Positions 37,468-46,665 of a DNA stretch of 64,000 nucleotides are shown piece by piece (within the stretch, counting starts at the first letter, position 1; each line of letters opens with the position of its first letter). The translations under genes and the position numbers were made by a program. This stretch comes from Parcubacteria group bacterium LiPW_41 (GTDB lineage Bacteria; Patescibacteriota; Minisyncoccia; UBA6257; GWB1-50-10): the NCBI GenBank assembly GCA_007375535.1, contig VMEM01000003.1, positions 32,811 through 96,810 of the forward strand. The letters are read 5' to 3'. Below the pieces are notes generated by a model. The model did no database searches and was not told where the DNA came from. It worked only from the letters and a program-made list of their open reading frames with translations.

Positions 37468-37691
37468 ACATGGATTCTGAATCAAGAGTAGTGAAGCGAG
37501 ATGGAATCGTGGAAGAGGCTCTTCCCGGTTTGCTTTTCCGCGTACGAATTGAAGGTTTGGAGGAGAATGTCCTTGCCCATTTGGGTGGGAAGCTCAAAAT
37601 CCATAGAATTAGGGTAATCCCGGGGGATCGGGTGACGGTCGAGATGACCACATACGACAACCGAAGGGGGAGGATTATCAGAAGGTTGTAA
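37468..37691 (+). CDS. infA: Translation initiation factor IF-1
   Basis: MDSESRVVKRDGIVEEALPGLLFRVRIEGLEENVLAHLGGKLKIHRIRVIPGDRVTVEMTTYDNRRGRIIRR: S1-like OB fold matching IF-1. GC content about 50%, versus about 36% in flanking genes. Confidence 0.85.
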
Positions 37692-37766
37692 TTTTTCAAG
37701 TATTCCTGTATGCTTGAGAAACACTCCTTGAGAGTCGTTTTTTAATGTCTTAACACAACGTTATTT

Positions 37767-37880
37767 ATGAAAGTACGCGCATCAGTACGAAAAATTTGTT
37801 TGAAATGCAAGACCGTTCGCAGAAAGGGGCGTGTGTATGTTATTTGTGAAAATAAAAAGCACAAACAACGCCAAGGATAA
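37767..37880 (+). CDS. rpmJ: 50S ribosomal protein L36
   Basis: 37 aa [37 protein letters not shown] with the zinc-ribbon C..C..C..H pattern. Below the 60-aa cutoff of the ORF track, so found by reading the sequence. Confidence 0.85.
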   Translation: MKVRASVRKICLKCKTVRRKGRVYVICENKKHKQRQG

Positions 37881-37905
37881 GCGGACATTTTTAATACTAA
37901 ACATT

Positions 37906-38289
37906 ATGAGAATAATTGGTGTAAATATCCCTGATAACAAAACCGTTGAATATGCTTTGCCATACGTTTATGGCATTGGAAAGAAAACTGCCCTTGATAT
38001 TTTGAAAGAGGCAGGCGTTGATTTAAAGAAAAAAGCAAAAGATCTTACTCCTGAGGATATAAGTAAAATTCAAGGAGTGCTTGAAAAGAGTTTTAAAGTT
38101 GAAGGAGAACTTCGCCAAATTATTCGTCAAAATATCGGACGAATGAAAGAAATAAAAGCGTATCGTGGACTTCGACATGCACGACGCCTTCCTGTTCGTG
38201 GTCAGAGAACAAAAACGAATTCAAGAACTGTTCGTGGAAACGTTCGAAAGACTGCAGGAAGCGGAAAGAGAAAAACTGAACTCAAATAA
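37906..38289 (+). CDS. rpsM: 30S ribosomal protein S13
   Basis: MRIIGVNIPDNK...YRGLRHARRLPVRGQRTKTNSRT. The true start is ATG 37906 inside the longer tracked ORF. Confidence 0.9.
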   Translation: MRIIGVNIPDNKTVEYALPYVYGIGKKTALDILKEAGVDLKKKAKDLTPEDISKIQGVLEKSFKVEGELRQIIRQNIGRMKEIKAYRGLRHARRLPVRGQRTKTNSRTVRGNVRKTAGSGKRKTELK

Positions 38290-38302
38290 TAAATAAATTA
38301 TC

Positions 38303-38752
38303 ATGGGAAAGAAAAAAGTAGCAGCAAAAAGCAAGGAAGAACTTATAAAAGAATCAGAGAGCGTTGAGCAGGCAGTTGCCTCAGCAAAGCAATCTGGTAA
38401 GCTTCGCATTGAAAAAGGATGCGTGTATATTCAAGCATCTTCAAACAACACAATAATGACTGTTACTGACGAGAAAGGAAATACGATTGCGTGGCTTTCT
38501 GCTGGTTCTGTTGGTTTTACTGGACCAAAGAAGGCGACTCCATTTGCGGCATCAAAGGTTTCTGAAGCAATTGCAGAGAAGGTAAAGCGTTCCGGGCCAA
38601 TCAAAGTTGATGTGTTTGTGCGTGGTATTGGAAAGGGAAGAGATTCTGCGGTTCGTACTCTTGCAACAAAAGGATTTGAAATTATGTCGATCAAAGATGT
38701 GACGCCGGTTCCACACAATGGCCCACGTCCAAGAAAAGTACGAAGAATATAA
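38303..38752 (+). CDS. rpsK: 30S ribosomal protein S11
   Basis: CVYIQASSNNTIMTVTDEKGN...PHNGPRPRKVRRI. Confidence 0.9.
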   Translation: MGKKKVAAKSKEELIKESESVEQAVASAKQSGKLRIEKGCVYIQASSNNTIMTVTDEKGNTIAWLSAGSVGFTGPKKATPFAASKVSEAIAEKVKRSGPIKVDVFVRGIGKGRDSAVRTLATKGFEIMSIKDVTPVPHNGPRPRKVRRI

Positions 38753-38758
38753 TTAATT

Positions 38759-39361
38759 ATGCGAAGAATTAAAGAAAAAAAGGAACGATCACTTGGAACA
38801 AAGCTTTTCTTAAAAGCTGATCGTTGTTCTTCACCAAAATGTGTTACTGTTCGTCGCTTGGGGAAGCCGGGTCAACATGGTGCCCGTCGTTCTCAGGTTA
38901 CTGAATATGGAAAACAACTTCAGGAGAAGCAAAAAATTCAAATATTTTTTGGTTTAAATAACAAGCAGGTTCAAGTTATTTTTAATCGTGAGGATGACCC
39001 AGAAAAAATAAAGGCAGCACTTCGTGAGCGCCTTGATTTTGTTGTGTATCTTCTTGGTTTTGCAAAATCACCTCGTATTGCTCGTCAGATGGTTTCACAC
39101 GGACATATTGTAGTAAATGGAAGAAAGGTAACTATTGGTTCATTTCGAGTTAAGAAAGGAGATGTTGTTGGAATTCGTCCAGAATCTCGCGATTCGAAAC
39201 TTTTTGAAGGTATTAAGGATAGACTACAACACATCGCACCTCCTTCGTGGCTCAAACTTGATTCAAGTGATTTGAAAGGTGAGTGTGTCGCTTCTTCGGT
39301 ATCGGACACTTCTGAGTTCCCATTTAACGTCGCATTGGTTGGTCAATTTTATTCCCGATAA
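38759..39361 (+). CDS. rpsD: 30S ribosomal protein S4
   Basis: N-terminal zinc-finger-like C..PKC and an S4 RNA-binding domain (ARQMVSHGHIVVNGRKVTIGSFRVKKGD). Confidence 0.9.
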   Translation: MRRIKEKKERSLGTKLFLKADRCSSPKCVTVRRLGKPGQHGARRSQVTEYGKQLQEKQKIQIFFGLNNKQVQVIFNREDDPEKIKAALRERLDFVVYLLGFAKSPRIARQMVSHGHIVVNGRKVTIGSFRVKKGDVVGIRPESRDSKLFEGIKDRLQHIAPPSWLKLDSSDLKGECVASSVSDTSEFPFNVALVGQFYSR

Positions 39362-39389
39362 AATACGGGAAATAGTGTATAGTTAAATT

Positions 39390-40127
39390 ATGAAATATTC
39401 TCATCTTAGCGAGACGGTATCAATAAAGAAAGTTTCAGAGAAAGACAATGTCGGTCTTTTTCATGTTGAAGGTTTATATACTGGATATGGAACAACATTA
39501 GGAAATGCGCTCCGCCGTGTATTACTTTCTTCGCTTCCTGGTGCTGCAATTACGCAAATAAAGATCAAGGGTATTGATCATGAATTTTCAGCGATTCCTG
39601 GAATGATGGAGGATGTTGTTGAATTTTCTTTAAATTTAAAAAAAGTTCGTTTTCATTTTTTTGCAGATGAACCACAAGTAATTCGCCTTCACACAAAGAA
39701 AGAGGGGAAGGTGCTTGCAGGTGACATTGAATCAAATACATTCGTTCAGGTAATCAATGAAGATGAATATCTTGGAACACTTTCAAAAAAGAATGCAGAA
39801 TTTGATATGGAACTTACTGTTGAAAAAGGACTCGGATATGTTCCTGCAGAATCAAGAAAGTTAGAGCGTCTTCCAATTGGCACTATCGTTCTTGATGCAA
39901 TATTTTCTCCAGTAACAAGAGTTGCATTTTCTGTTGAAAACATGCGCGTAGGAGATCGAACTGATTACAACCGATTAATTGTTGAAGTGGAAACCGATGG
40001 ATCAATTACCCCATCTGATGCATTTCACAAGAGTGTGAATATTTTGAAGGATCATTTTGAAAAAATCTCAGCAGTTGAGGTTATGAAAATCGAAAAACCA
40101 GCAGAAAAGAAGTCAAAGAAAAAATAA
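39390..40127 (+). CDS. rpoA: DNA-directed RNA polymerase alpha subunit. N-terminal (assembly) domain only; no alpha C-terminal domain.
   Basis: 245 aa versus about 330 in classical bacteria. Alpha-NTD motifs (GYGTTLGNALRRVLLSSLPGAAIT). Ends in a short Lys-rich tail with no DNA-binding CTD. Confidence 0.85.
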   Translation: MKYSHLSETVSIKKVSEKDNVGLFHVEGLYTGYGTTLGNALRRVLLSSLPGAAITQIKIKGIDHEFSAIPGMMEDVVEFSLNLKKVRFHFFADEPQVIRLHTKKEGKVLAGDIESNTFVQVINEDEYLGTLSKKNAEFDMELTVEKGLGYVPAESRKLERLPIGTIVLDAIFSPVTRVAFSVENMRVGDRTDYNRLIVEVETDGSITPSDAFHKSVNILKDHFEKISAVEVMKIEKPAEKKSKKK

Positions 40128-40141
40128 TTATCTGATATAGT

Positions 40142-40492
40142 ATGCGTCACGCAAATCAAGGAAGAAAATTTGGAAGAGAGAAAGGGCAAAGACAGGCATT
40201 TTTAAAGTCGCTTGCAAACAATCTCGTTCGTCATGAATCAATCGTGACAACTGAAGCTCGAGCGAAGGAAATTAGAATGCTCGTTGAGCGTTTGGTTACC
40301 TACGGAAAAAAGCAAAACGTTGCTGGACTTCGTGTTATCATGACCTATCTTCCAAAGACATCTGCATATAAGGTGTATCATGATCTTGCGTTACGATATG
40401 TGGAGAGAAAGGGGGGATACACTCGCATAATAAAAATTGCAAAGCCACGAAAAAATGATGCGTCAAAGATGGCGAAGATTGAATTTGTTTAA
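40142..40492 (+). CDS. rplQ: 50S ribosomal protein L17
   Basis: MRHANQGRKFGREKGQRQAFLKSLANNLVRHESIVTTEARAKE. Confidence 0.9.
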   Translation: MRHANQGRKFGREKGQRQAFLKSLANNLVRHESIVTTEARAKEIRMLVERLVTYGKKQNVAGLRVIMTYLPKTSAYKVYHDLALRYVERKGGYTRIIKIAKPRKNDASKMAKIEFV

Positions 40493-40497
40493 TTACT

Positions 40498-40839
40498 ATG
40501 GAATATAATATTGATGTAAAAGGAAAACCGATGGGACGTGTCGCTTCAGAAATTGCGATTATTTTGCAAGGAAAGAAAAATGCAAGTTACAACCCTAAAG
40601 ATGCAGGAACCGATTCAGTTTCGGTAACTGGAATAAAGGGATTAGTGCTTACTGGCAAAAAGACTCGCCAGAAGATGTATTACAAGCACACAGGACCATT
40701 AGGTCATTTAAAGGAGAGAAAATTTGTTGATGTATTTGAAAAGAATCCAGCGTGGGTATTGCGTCATGCAGTTCGCCTTATGCTTCCAAAAAACAAACTT
40801 CAAGCAGTTCGATTAAAGCGTCTTAAAATTGTTGATTAA
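40498..40839 (+). CDS. rplM: 50S ribosomal protein L13 (short form)
   Basis: GRVASEIAIILQGK...MYYKHTGPLGHLKE...AVRLMLPKNKL. 113 aa. Confidence 0.85.
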   Translation: MEYNIDVKGKPMGRVASEIAIILQGKKNASYNPKDAGTDSVSVTGIKGLVLTGKKTRQKMYYKHTGPLGHLKERKFVDVFEKNPAWVLRHAVRLMLPKNKLQAVRLKRLKIVD

Positions 40840-40841
40840 TT

Positions 40842-41276
40842 ATGACTATTAAAGTAAAAGAGGCAGGAAAGCCAACAAAAGGAAATAAATATTTTGAAGC
40901 AGTAGGGCGCAGAAAAACTGCAGTTGCGCGCGTTCGTTTATTTACCGGAAAATTTGATAAAGGAGAGGTTACTATAAACGAGAAGAATTTTACAAAATAT
41001 TTTGGTACTGATCGTTTAAAGAAGATTGTTATTGATCCATTTACCACACTTTCGCTTGATTCATATAAAGTTTCAGTGAATGTTGTTGGAGGAGGAGTAA
41101 ATGCGCAAGCAGAAGCAATTCGACTTGGAATTTCGCGAGCACTTATAATGCTCAATCCAATTTGGAGGACAAATTTGAAAGTACTTGGATTTTTGAAGAG
41201 AGATCCACGAATGGTGGAACGAAAACATCCAGGACTCCGCAAAGCTCGCAGACCACAGCAATGGCGTAAACGTTAA
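40842..41276 (+). CDS. rpsI: 30S ribosomal protein S9
   Basis: YFEAVGRRKTAVARVRLF...GGGVNAQAEAIRLGISRAL...PGLRKARRPQQWRKR. Confidence 0.9.
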   Translation: MTIKVKEAGKPTKGNKYFEAVGRRKTAVARVRLFTGKFDKGEVTINEKNFTKYFGTDRLKKIVIDPFTTLSLDSYKVSVNVVGGGVNAQAEAIRLGISRALIMLNPIWRTNLKVLGFLKRDPRMVERKHPGLRKARRPQQWRKR

Positions 41277-41282
41277 AAAAGA

Positions 41283-41306
41283 AAAACCCGAAAGGGTTTT
41301 CTTTTT
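41283..41306 (+). terminator. Intrinsic terminator after rpsI
   Basis: Hairpin aaaaacccg-aaa-gggtttt followed by cttttttaaa. Confidence 0.7.
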
Positions 41307-41312
41307 TAAAAC

Positions 41313-41690
41313 GCCATTGCTGTGAGGGATGGGTGATGGGAAGGTCTCTCAATGTGGAATATAACACTTGCGTATTTTTATGCTTTTATATACTATCTCT
41401 ATAGTACTTTGATCTTCCAGAAAACCGGATTTTGGAATAGAGGTATCGTCTTTTACTGAGGTGGTTCAGATAGCCCCTTAATAATGGATATTGTTGGTGA
41501 AAGAAGACAAATGCGATGGGAAATCACCTTCCCTTAATGTGTCCCGGACATTGGACTCAAGCGCGCCTTATTTGAACTCGTGACGTATCACTTGTTCTAA
41601 TAGGTAGGGTTATGGTTGCGGGAGCCATACACTCGAATATTTTCGTTGTTCTTTATATATAAATCTAATCGCACATATTGTGCGATTTTT
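41313..41690 (+). ncRNA. Candidate structured non-coding RNA of unknown class (about 350-380 nt) between convergent genes
   Basis: No plausible ORF. Bounded upstream by the rpsI terminator and downstream by a plus-strand hairpin and T-run at 41667-41692. I could not match RNase P, tmRNA or SRP RNA signatures by eye. Confidence 0.25.
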
Positions 41691-41692
41691 TT
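41667..41692 (+). terminator. Plus-strand intrinsic terminator (hairpin and T-run) with no upstream plus-strand CDS
   Basis: aatcgcaca-tat-tgtgcgatt followed by ttttttt. Overlaps the stop of the minus-strand gene. Confidence 0.5.
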
Positions 41693-43064
41693 ATTCTTCA
41701 ATTGTTGTCTTAAGAAATTCACCACCATCAGTAAGAACAAAGAGATCTCCACTAATAAGGAGTGATTTTTTAACCTCCTTTGCAATCGTTGCAACATTTC
41801 TTGGTTGTCTAATATCGGTTTCTTCAATGCGGATATTTTTTCCTACTTTTATCATGAAGTAGTTTTCAGCAAACGGAATCCATTCAAAAGTGTTTAAGTC
41901 AGCACCAGAAGAGATAGAAAATGAGTCAATTGATCCCTCTGGTTTCATCACATCTCCTTCGTAGTCCTCGAGGTAGAGAATGGATGCGATGTGGTTTGTA
42001 TCAATGAAGGCAGCGCGGAGACTATCTGGAGAAAATGTTGCATACTCGATATTTGTTCCTATTCTTTCTACTGTTTGGGCTGTACGATTGAATAAATCGA
42101 GTGTCTTGTCTGAATTGAGAAGGAATGCATACGAACCATCTTTACTTGGTATTATTTCTTTTGTAGTTGAGGCATTTATTGGAAACACATATTTTGAATC
42201 AAGAATAAGGTTTCTGATTACGAGATCTCCTTCTTTGTTTGTAACAAACAATTCTTTTGCTCCAAGTCCAATTGCCTTTGGTGTTCCTTCGGTTTCAATG
42301 GTTCCGATGGAACTTTTCTTTAGATCAAAAATATAGAGATTTTTGGCGGTTTGTATGAGGAGTTTTGTTTTGCTGAATGGATGAAACGATATTTTTTGAA
42401 TCTGAGTGAGATCTGTTATGTCTTCTGATTCGATGATTGTTCTAAATAAGACAGAAAAATCGCGGGCAACTGTTGGGTTTGTTAGATCAATTAAAAATAG
42501 TGATGAACCTTTTCTTGTGACAATATAAGAAGAGCTCATGTCGTATGCTTCCACTTTTGATCCTTTTATTGTCTTCTCGTCTTCGAGTAAGAGTGTTGAG
42601 CTTGTTGTTTCAAAGATAAAACCCTGAGATGTTGGAAATACATTGTTTATGTTTTTATTGAGTGTCTCGAATTCTTGAGTAATTTTCCAGAGTGTTATGC
42701 GAGCAGAGACTGAAACTTTTCCTGGAGTTACTTCGAGAGTTTTTGTAAATGGTGTGTACCCATCTTTCATTATTGAGATTGAGTAGTTTCTTGGAACGAG
42801 GTTCGAAATAAGAATTCCACCACCGAACATGCCTTGTGTTTTTGGATATTTTTTCCCATCAATGAATATTGAGGCATCCGTTGGGGTAAAGTGTACAAAA
42901 ATTGAGCCAGATTTTGTTAATCGGAAATGCTCTGTATCAAAAACAAGTCCCTGCATAGCAAGTACTGCATATGTCCCTGCAACAATAAAAATAATCGTGC
43001 AGAGCACGAAAAGCATCGTTCTTGTGGTTTTTCTAACAACCATAATTCTTTTATATGATACCAT
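41691..43064 (-). CDS. PEGA domain membrane protein with a C-terminal beta-propeller-like domain
   Basis: N-terminal TM. PEGA-like segment ASIFIDGKKYPKT...PRNYSISIMKDGYTPFTKTLEVTPGK. Repetitive beta-rich C-terminal 300 aa. Confidence 0.6.
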   Translation of the reverse strand: MVSYKRIMVVRKTTRTMLFVLCTIIFIVAGTYAVLAMQGLVFDTEHFRLTKSGSIFVHFTPTDASIFIDGKKYPKTQGMFGGGILISNLVPRNYSISIMKDGYTPFTKTLEVTPGKVSVSARITLWKITQEFETLNKNINNVFPTSQGFIFETTSSTLLLEDEKTIKGSKVEAYDMSSSYIVTRKGSSLFLIDLTNPTVARDFSVLFRTIIESEDITDLTQIQKISFHPFSKTKLLIQTAKNLYIFDLKKSSIGTIETEGTPKAIGLGAKELFVTNKEGDLVIRNLILDSKYVFPINASTTKEIIPSKDGSYAFLLNSDKTLDLFNRTAQTVERIGTNIEYATFSPDSLRAAFIDTNHIASILYLEDYEGDVMKPEGSIDSFSISSGADLNTFEWIPFAENYFMIKVGKNIRIEETDIRQPRNVATIAKEVKKSLLISGDLFVLTDGGEFLKTTIEE

Positions 43065-43151
43065 GTTTCTTTACTTTTGAAAAGCTTTGTGTTTCTTTTT
43101 TATTTCTTTGCATTTTTAAATAAAGGATAGTAAAGTGAGAGTGTTGATTTT

Positions 43152-44189
43152 TTGAGGGTTGGTAGAAGATTGATACTTTTATTTATGTTTACACGAAAAA
43201 TTGGAATAGATCTTGGAACAACAAATACACTTGTGTTTCTTCCTGAACGGGGGATTGTTATTAACGAACCGACGGTAGTTGCACTTCGAAAGCCAGACAA
43301 TACTGTGCTTGCGGTAGGAGCCGAAGCAAAAGAGATGGTAGGAAGAACCCCTGATGATATTGTGACATACCGACCGCTAAAAGATGGAGTAATTGCGGAG
43401 TATTTTATTACTCAAGCGATGTTAAAATATTTTATTTCAAAGAGTATTGGTAAATTTAATATTGTTAAGCCTGAGGTTGTCATTTCTGTTCCTGCGGGAA
43501 TTACATCGACAGAATATCGTGCGGTTATGAACGCGGCGAAAGAGGCTGGGGCACGAGATGTGTATTTGGTGAAGGAGCCACTTCTCGCTTCTCTTGGCGC
43601 GGGAATTCCAATTCATTCTGCTGAAGGAAACATGATTGTAAATATTGGTGGTGGAACAACCGAGGTTGCTGTTATTTCCTTAGGAGGAATTGTTACATGG
43701 AATAGTTTGCGTGTTGCGGGAAACAAACTTGATAATGCTATTTCTGAATATATAAAGAAGAAGTATGCCCTTGCGATTGGTGAAAATACCGCTGAAAACA
43801 TCAAAATTACCATTGGAACTGCGATGCAGAATCGAAACAAGATGGAAATGAAGATCAGGGGACGTGACCTTCATACGGGACTTCCAAAGGATATGACAGT
43901 GAATTCAAATGAGATTGCTGAAGCGATAAACCCACATCTTGTTGAAATTATGAATGCAGTTCAAGGAGTGTTTAATGTAACCCCACCAGAGCTTGCGGCG
44001 GATATTATGGAGAAGGGAATTATTCTTTCTGGAGGAAGCTCGAACTTAAGAGACTTAGAAGAATTTTTTAAACGCTCACTTGGTGTTTCGGCATATCTTG
44101 CCGAAGAATCAATTCTTTGTGTTGCAAAAGGAACTGCGACTATTTTGAATCACCTTGATATTTATAAGCGCACTTTACTTAGAAAATAA
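43152..44189 (+). CDS. mreB: Rod shape-determining actin homologue MreB (copy 1)
   Basis: [10 protein letters not shown] phosphate-1 motif, NEPTVVA, and GGGTTEVAV phosphate-2 motif. The likely true start is Met at 43182. Confidence 0.85.
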   Translation: MRVGRRLILLFMFTRKIGIDLGTTNTLVFLPERGIVINEPTVVALRKPDNTVLAVGAEAKEMVGRTPDDIVTYRPLKDGVIAEYFITQAMLKYFISKSIGKFNIVKPEVVISVPAGITSTEYRAVMNAAKEAGARDVYLVKEPLLASLGAGIPIHSAEGNMIVNIGGGTTEVAVISLGGIVTWNSLRVAGNKLDNAISEYIKKKYALAIGENTAENIKITIGTAMQNRNKMEMKIRGRDLHTGLPKDMTVNSNEIAEAINPHLVEIMNAVQGVFNVTPPELAADIMEKGIILSGGSSNLRDLEEFFKRSLGVSAYLAEESILCVAKGTATILNHLDIYKRTLLRK

Positions 44190-44203
44190 ATCAATTTTGA
44201 TTT

Positions 44204-44962
44204 ATGTATTTCAATAATAATAACCGCGACTTATTTATAAAAGCATTTGAAAATAATACACTTAGTGCTTCATATTGTTTTTTTGGAGATGATGGCGTTG
44301 GAAAGATGACATGTGCACGAGCAATTGCATCATATATTGAAACAAAAACCTTTGATTCAAATTTTGTTGATGCGCGAATCTTTTTTCCAAATGAAAAAGG
44401 AACATTTGGTATTGATGAGGCGCGTGGAGTAAAGAACTTTTGTTCAAGCGCTCCTCTTGTCTCAAAAAGAAAGACTGCAATTATACGATGTGGAGAAAAT
44501 ATAACGGATCAGGCGCAATCCGCACTTCTTAAGTTGCTTGAAGAACCACCAGCGCATACATTAATTATTCTCATCGTGAGAAACAGAGAACTGCTTTTTG
44601 CTCCGCTTCTTTCTCGTTTACAGTGTATTTATTTTTCGCGATACACGCGAAAACAAATCGTTGATTTTCTTGTGTCGGAACATAAGATTTTAGGAAGTGA
44701 AGCAGAGAAAATTGCAGAGTTTTCGTTTGGGAGTCTAGGAAGGGCACTTTCGATAGCAAAAAAAGAAATAGAGGTCACTGATCATATAGAGGGGTATATT
44801 GAGAGAGAAATTGAGCGATATTATAAAGATAGCGCATTAAAGAATTCTTCAGTATTGGCGAAACTCCTTAAGAAAGAAGCAGATATAAAGGAATTTGTTG
44901 TAAATGGACCATTGCAAAAAAAGGCGATTCAATATCTTGAGAATGAAACTCAGGTCTCGTAA
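44204..44962 (+). CDS. holB: DNA polymerase III delta-prime subunit-like clamp-loader protein
   Basis: 252 aa. Degenerate P-loop GDDGVGKMT. Clamp-loader motif SALLKLLEEPPAHTLIILIV and SRLQ arginine-finger region. Confidence 0.6.
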   Translation: MYFNNNNRDLFIKAFENNTLSASYCFFGDDGVGKMTCARAIASYIETKTFDSNFVDARIFFPNEKGTFGIDEARGVKNFCSSAPLVSKRKTAIIRCGENITDQAQSALLKLLEEPPAHTLIILIVRNRELLFAPLLSRLQCIYFSRYTRKQIVDFLVSEHKILGSEAEKIAEFSFGSLGRALSIAKKEIEVTDHIEGYIEREIERYYKDSALKNSSVLAKLLKKEADIKEFVVNGPLQKKAIQYLENETQVS

Positions 44963-44997
44963 TTCGATGGTAATTATGCGAGAATAAGAAATATTAT

Positions 44998-45549
44998 ATG
45001 CATCAAAGTTTAATTGAATTTAAAGAAACGGCAAAAAAAATTGTTGAAGATTTCAAAAAAGAAATTTCTGGAGTACGAGCAAATCGTCCTTCGGCAGCCT
45101 TGATTGAAGAAATAAAAGTTATTTATTACGGCAATCCAACACCATTGAAACATGTTGGTACTATTTCCGTGTTACCACCCCGTGAGCTTCAGGTTCAATT
45201 TTGGGATAAGGAAGCGGTTGCACCTTCAGCGAAAGCAATTGAATCATCTGCTTTGGGGCTTACTCCAAATATCGAAGGAAATACTATTCGTATTTTTCTT
45301 CCCGAACTTTCAAGTGAACGAAGGGATGAGTTAGCAAAATATGCAAAAAAAATATCTGAAGAATACAGAATTTCACTTCGTCATTCGCGCGATGAGGCAA
45401 ACAAAGGTGCTCAGGCGGCATTTGATGAAAAAGAGATTGGAGAGGATATGAAATTTAAATTAAAAGAAGAGATTCAGAAACAAACTGAAGAAACAAACAA
45501 ATTAATTGAGGAGGTATTGGATAAGAAGATTGCAGAAATTCACGAATAA
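44998..45549 (+). CDS. frr: Ribosome recycling factor
   Basis: 183 aa. IRANRPSAALIEEIKVIYYGNPTPLKHVGTISV and a C-terminal charged helix. Confidence 0.9.
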   Translation: MHQSLIEFKETAKKIVEDFKKEISGVRANRPSAALIEEIKVIYYGNPTPLKHVGTISVLPPRELQVQFWDKEAVAPSAKAIESSALGLTPNIEGNTIRIFLPELSSERRDELAKYAKKISEEYRISLRHSRDEANKGAQAAFDEKEIGEDMKFKLKEEIQKQTEETNKLIEEVLDKKIAEIHE

Positions 45550-45554
45550 TTTCA

Positions 45555-46595
45555 ATGATTACTTTTATTGTTATTGTAGGAATTATATTTCTCATTCTTG
45601 CGCATGAATGTGGACATTTTTTTGTGGCGCGAAAGTTTAAGGTAACCGTTGAAGAGTTTGGTATTGGATATCCTCCTCGTATATGGAGCAAAACAAAGGA
45701 TGGGGTGGTATGGAGTATTAACGCGCTTCCTTTTGGTGGGTTTGTGAAGATTCTTGGAGAAGATGGAGGAAATAATGATCCAAACTCATTTTCAAAACAA
45801 AAAATTTGGAAAAGAATTTCTATTTTGTCTGCAGGGGTTCTTATGAACATCCTTGTCGGTTGGATTTTTTTCTCTGGGGTGTATATGACTGGGAGTCCTG
45901 AGCGCGCCATTGTAATGGACGTAAAACAAAATACTCCCGCGGCGATTGCGGGAATAGAAAAGGGGGACATAGTACTTGCACTTGAGTCTTCTGATGTAGG
46001 AATAGTAAAAAAACCAAACGCAGATGAATTTATTTCATTTACTGGAAAAGCGGTAGGTAAGGAGATGGTAATTGAAGTATCTCGACAGGGTAACAATAAA
46101 ATGTTTACCGTCATACCAAGAATAAATCCACCAGAAGGAGAGGGGGCATTAGGTGTTTCGATAACAAATGCAGGGTTCCCACGACAGTCATTTTTTTCTT
46201 CAATTCTAAGTGGATTTACAACAACTATTAGTGTTATTGGTGCGATTGTTGTGGGTTTGTTTAGTTTTTTTGCTCACATCTTTTCTCCTAATGGATTTGA
46301 TGCTGTTGCGGGTCCAATTGGGGTTGTGAAGATGGCATCAGAGATGGGAACATTGGGACTTTCTTATGTATTTCAAATTATTGGACTTATTTCCATTAAT
46401 CTTGCGATTCTTAATTTAATTCCATTTCCTGCACTTGATGGGGGGCGAATACTTTTCCTTATTATTGAAAAATTTAGGGGGAAGCCAGCACCAGAAAAAA
46501 TTGAGCAATGGGTAAATATGGCGGGATTTTTTATACTTATTGCACTTATGATCGCGGTTACATTTAAAGATTTGTCGCGGTTGTTTTCGGCCTAG
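45555..46595 (+). CDS. rseP: RseP-like site-2 zinc metalloprotease (M50) with a PDZ domain
   Basis: HExxH motif ILAHECGHFFVARKF, PDZ region, and C-terminal LDGGR motif. Confidence 0.85.
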   Translation: MITFIVIVGIIFLILAHECGHFFVARKFKVTVEEFGIGYPPRIWSKTKDGVVWSINALPFGGFVKILGEDGGNNDPNSFSKQKIWKRISILSAGVLMNILVGWIFFSGVYMTGSPERAIVMDVKQNTPAAIAGIEKGDIVLALESSDVGIVKKPNADEFISFTGKAVGKEMVIEVSRQGNNKMFTVIPRINPPEGEGALGVSITNAGFPRQSFFSSILSGFTTTISVIGAIVVGLFSFFAHIFSPNGFDAVAGPIGVVKMASEMGTLGLSYVFQIIGLISINLAILNLIPFPALDGGRILFLIIEKFRGKPAPEKIEQWVNMAGFFILIALMIAVTFKDLSRLFSA

Positions 46596-46623
46596 TTTAG
46601 ATATCTATTTGAAAAAAAGGCAT

Positions 46624-46658
46624 AAACCGTTCTATACTGTGATATAGAGCGGTTTTTA
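46624..46658 (+). terminator. Intrinsic terminator after rseP
   Basis: 12-bp stem aaccgttctata / tatagagcggtt (one G-U pair) followed by ttttt. Confidence 0.6.
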
Positions 46659-46665
46659 TATATTT

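Noticed and set aside
41313-41690. Specific identification of the 380-nt non-coding region as RNase P RNA or tmRNA
   Set aside because: I could not find the GGAAAGUCCGGGCUCC / ACAGAAACCCGGCUUA P4 elements or a tRNA-like GGUUCGAAUCC acceptor arm by eye on either strand. Reported only as an unclassified ncRNA candidate.
41980-42336. Plus-strand ORFs (41680-41862, 41980-42336, 42829-43080) inside the PEGA gene region
   Set aside because: They lie antisense to a long, well-supported minus-strand CDS and have no conserved motifs. Typical shadow ORFs of an AT-rich genome.
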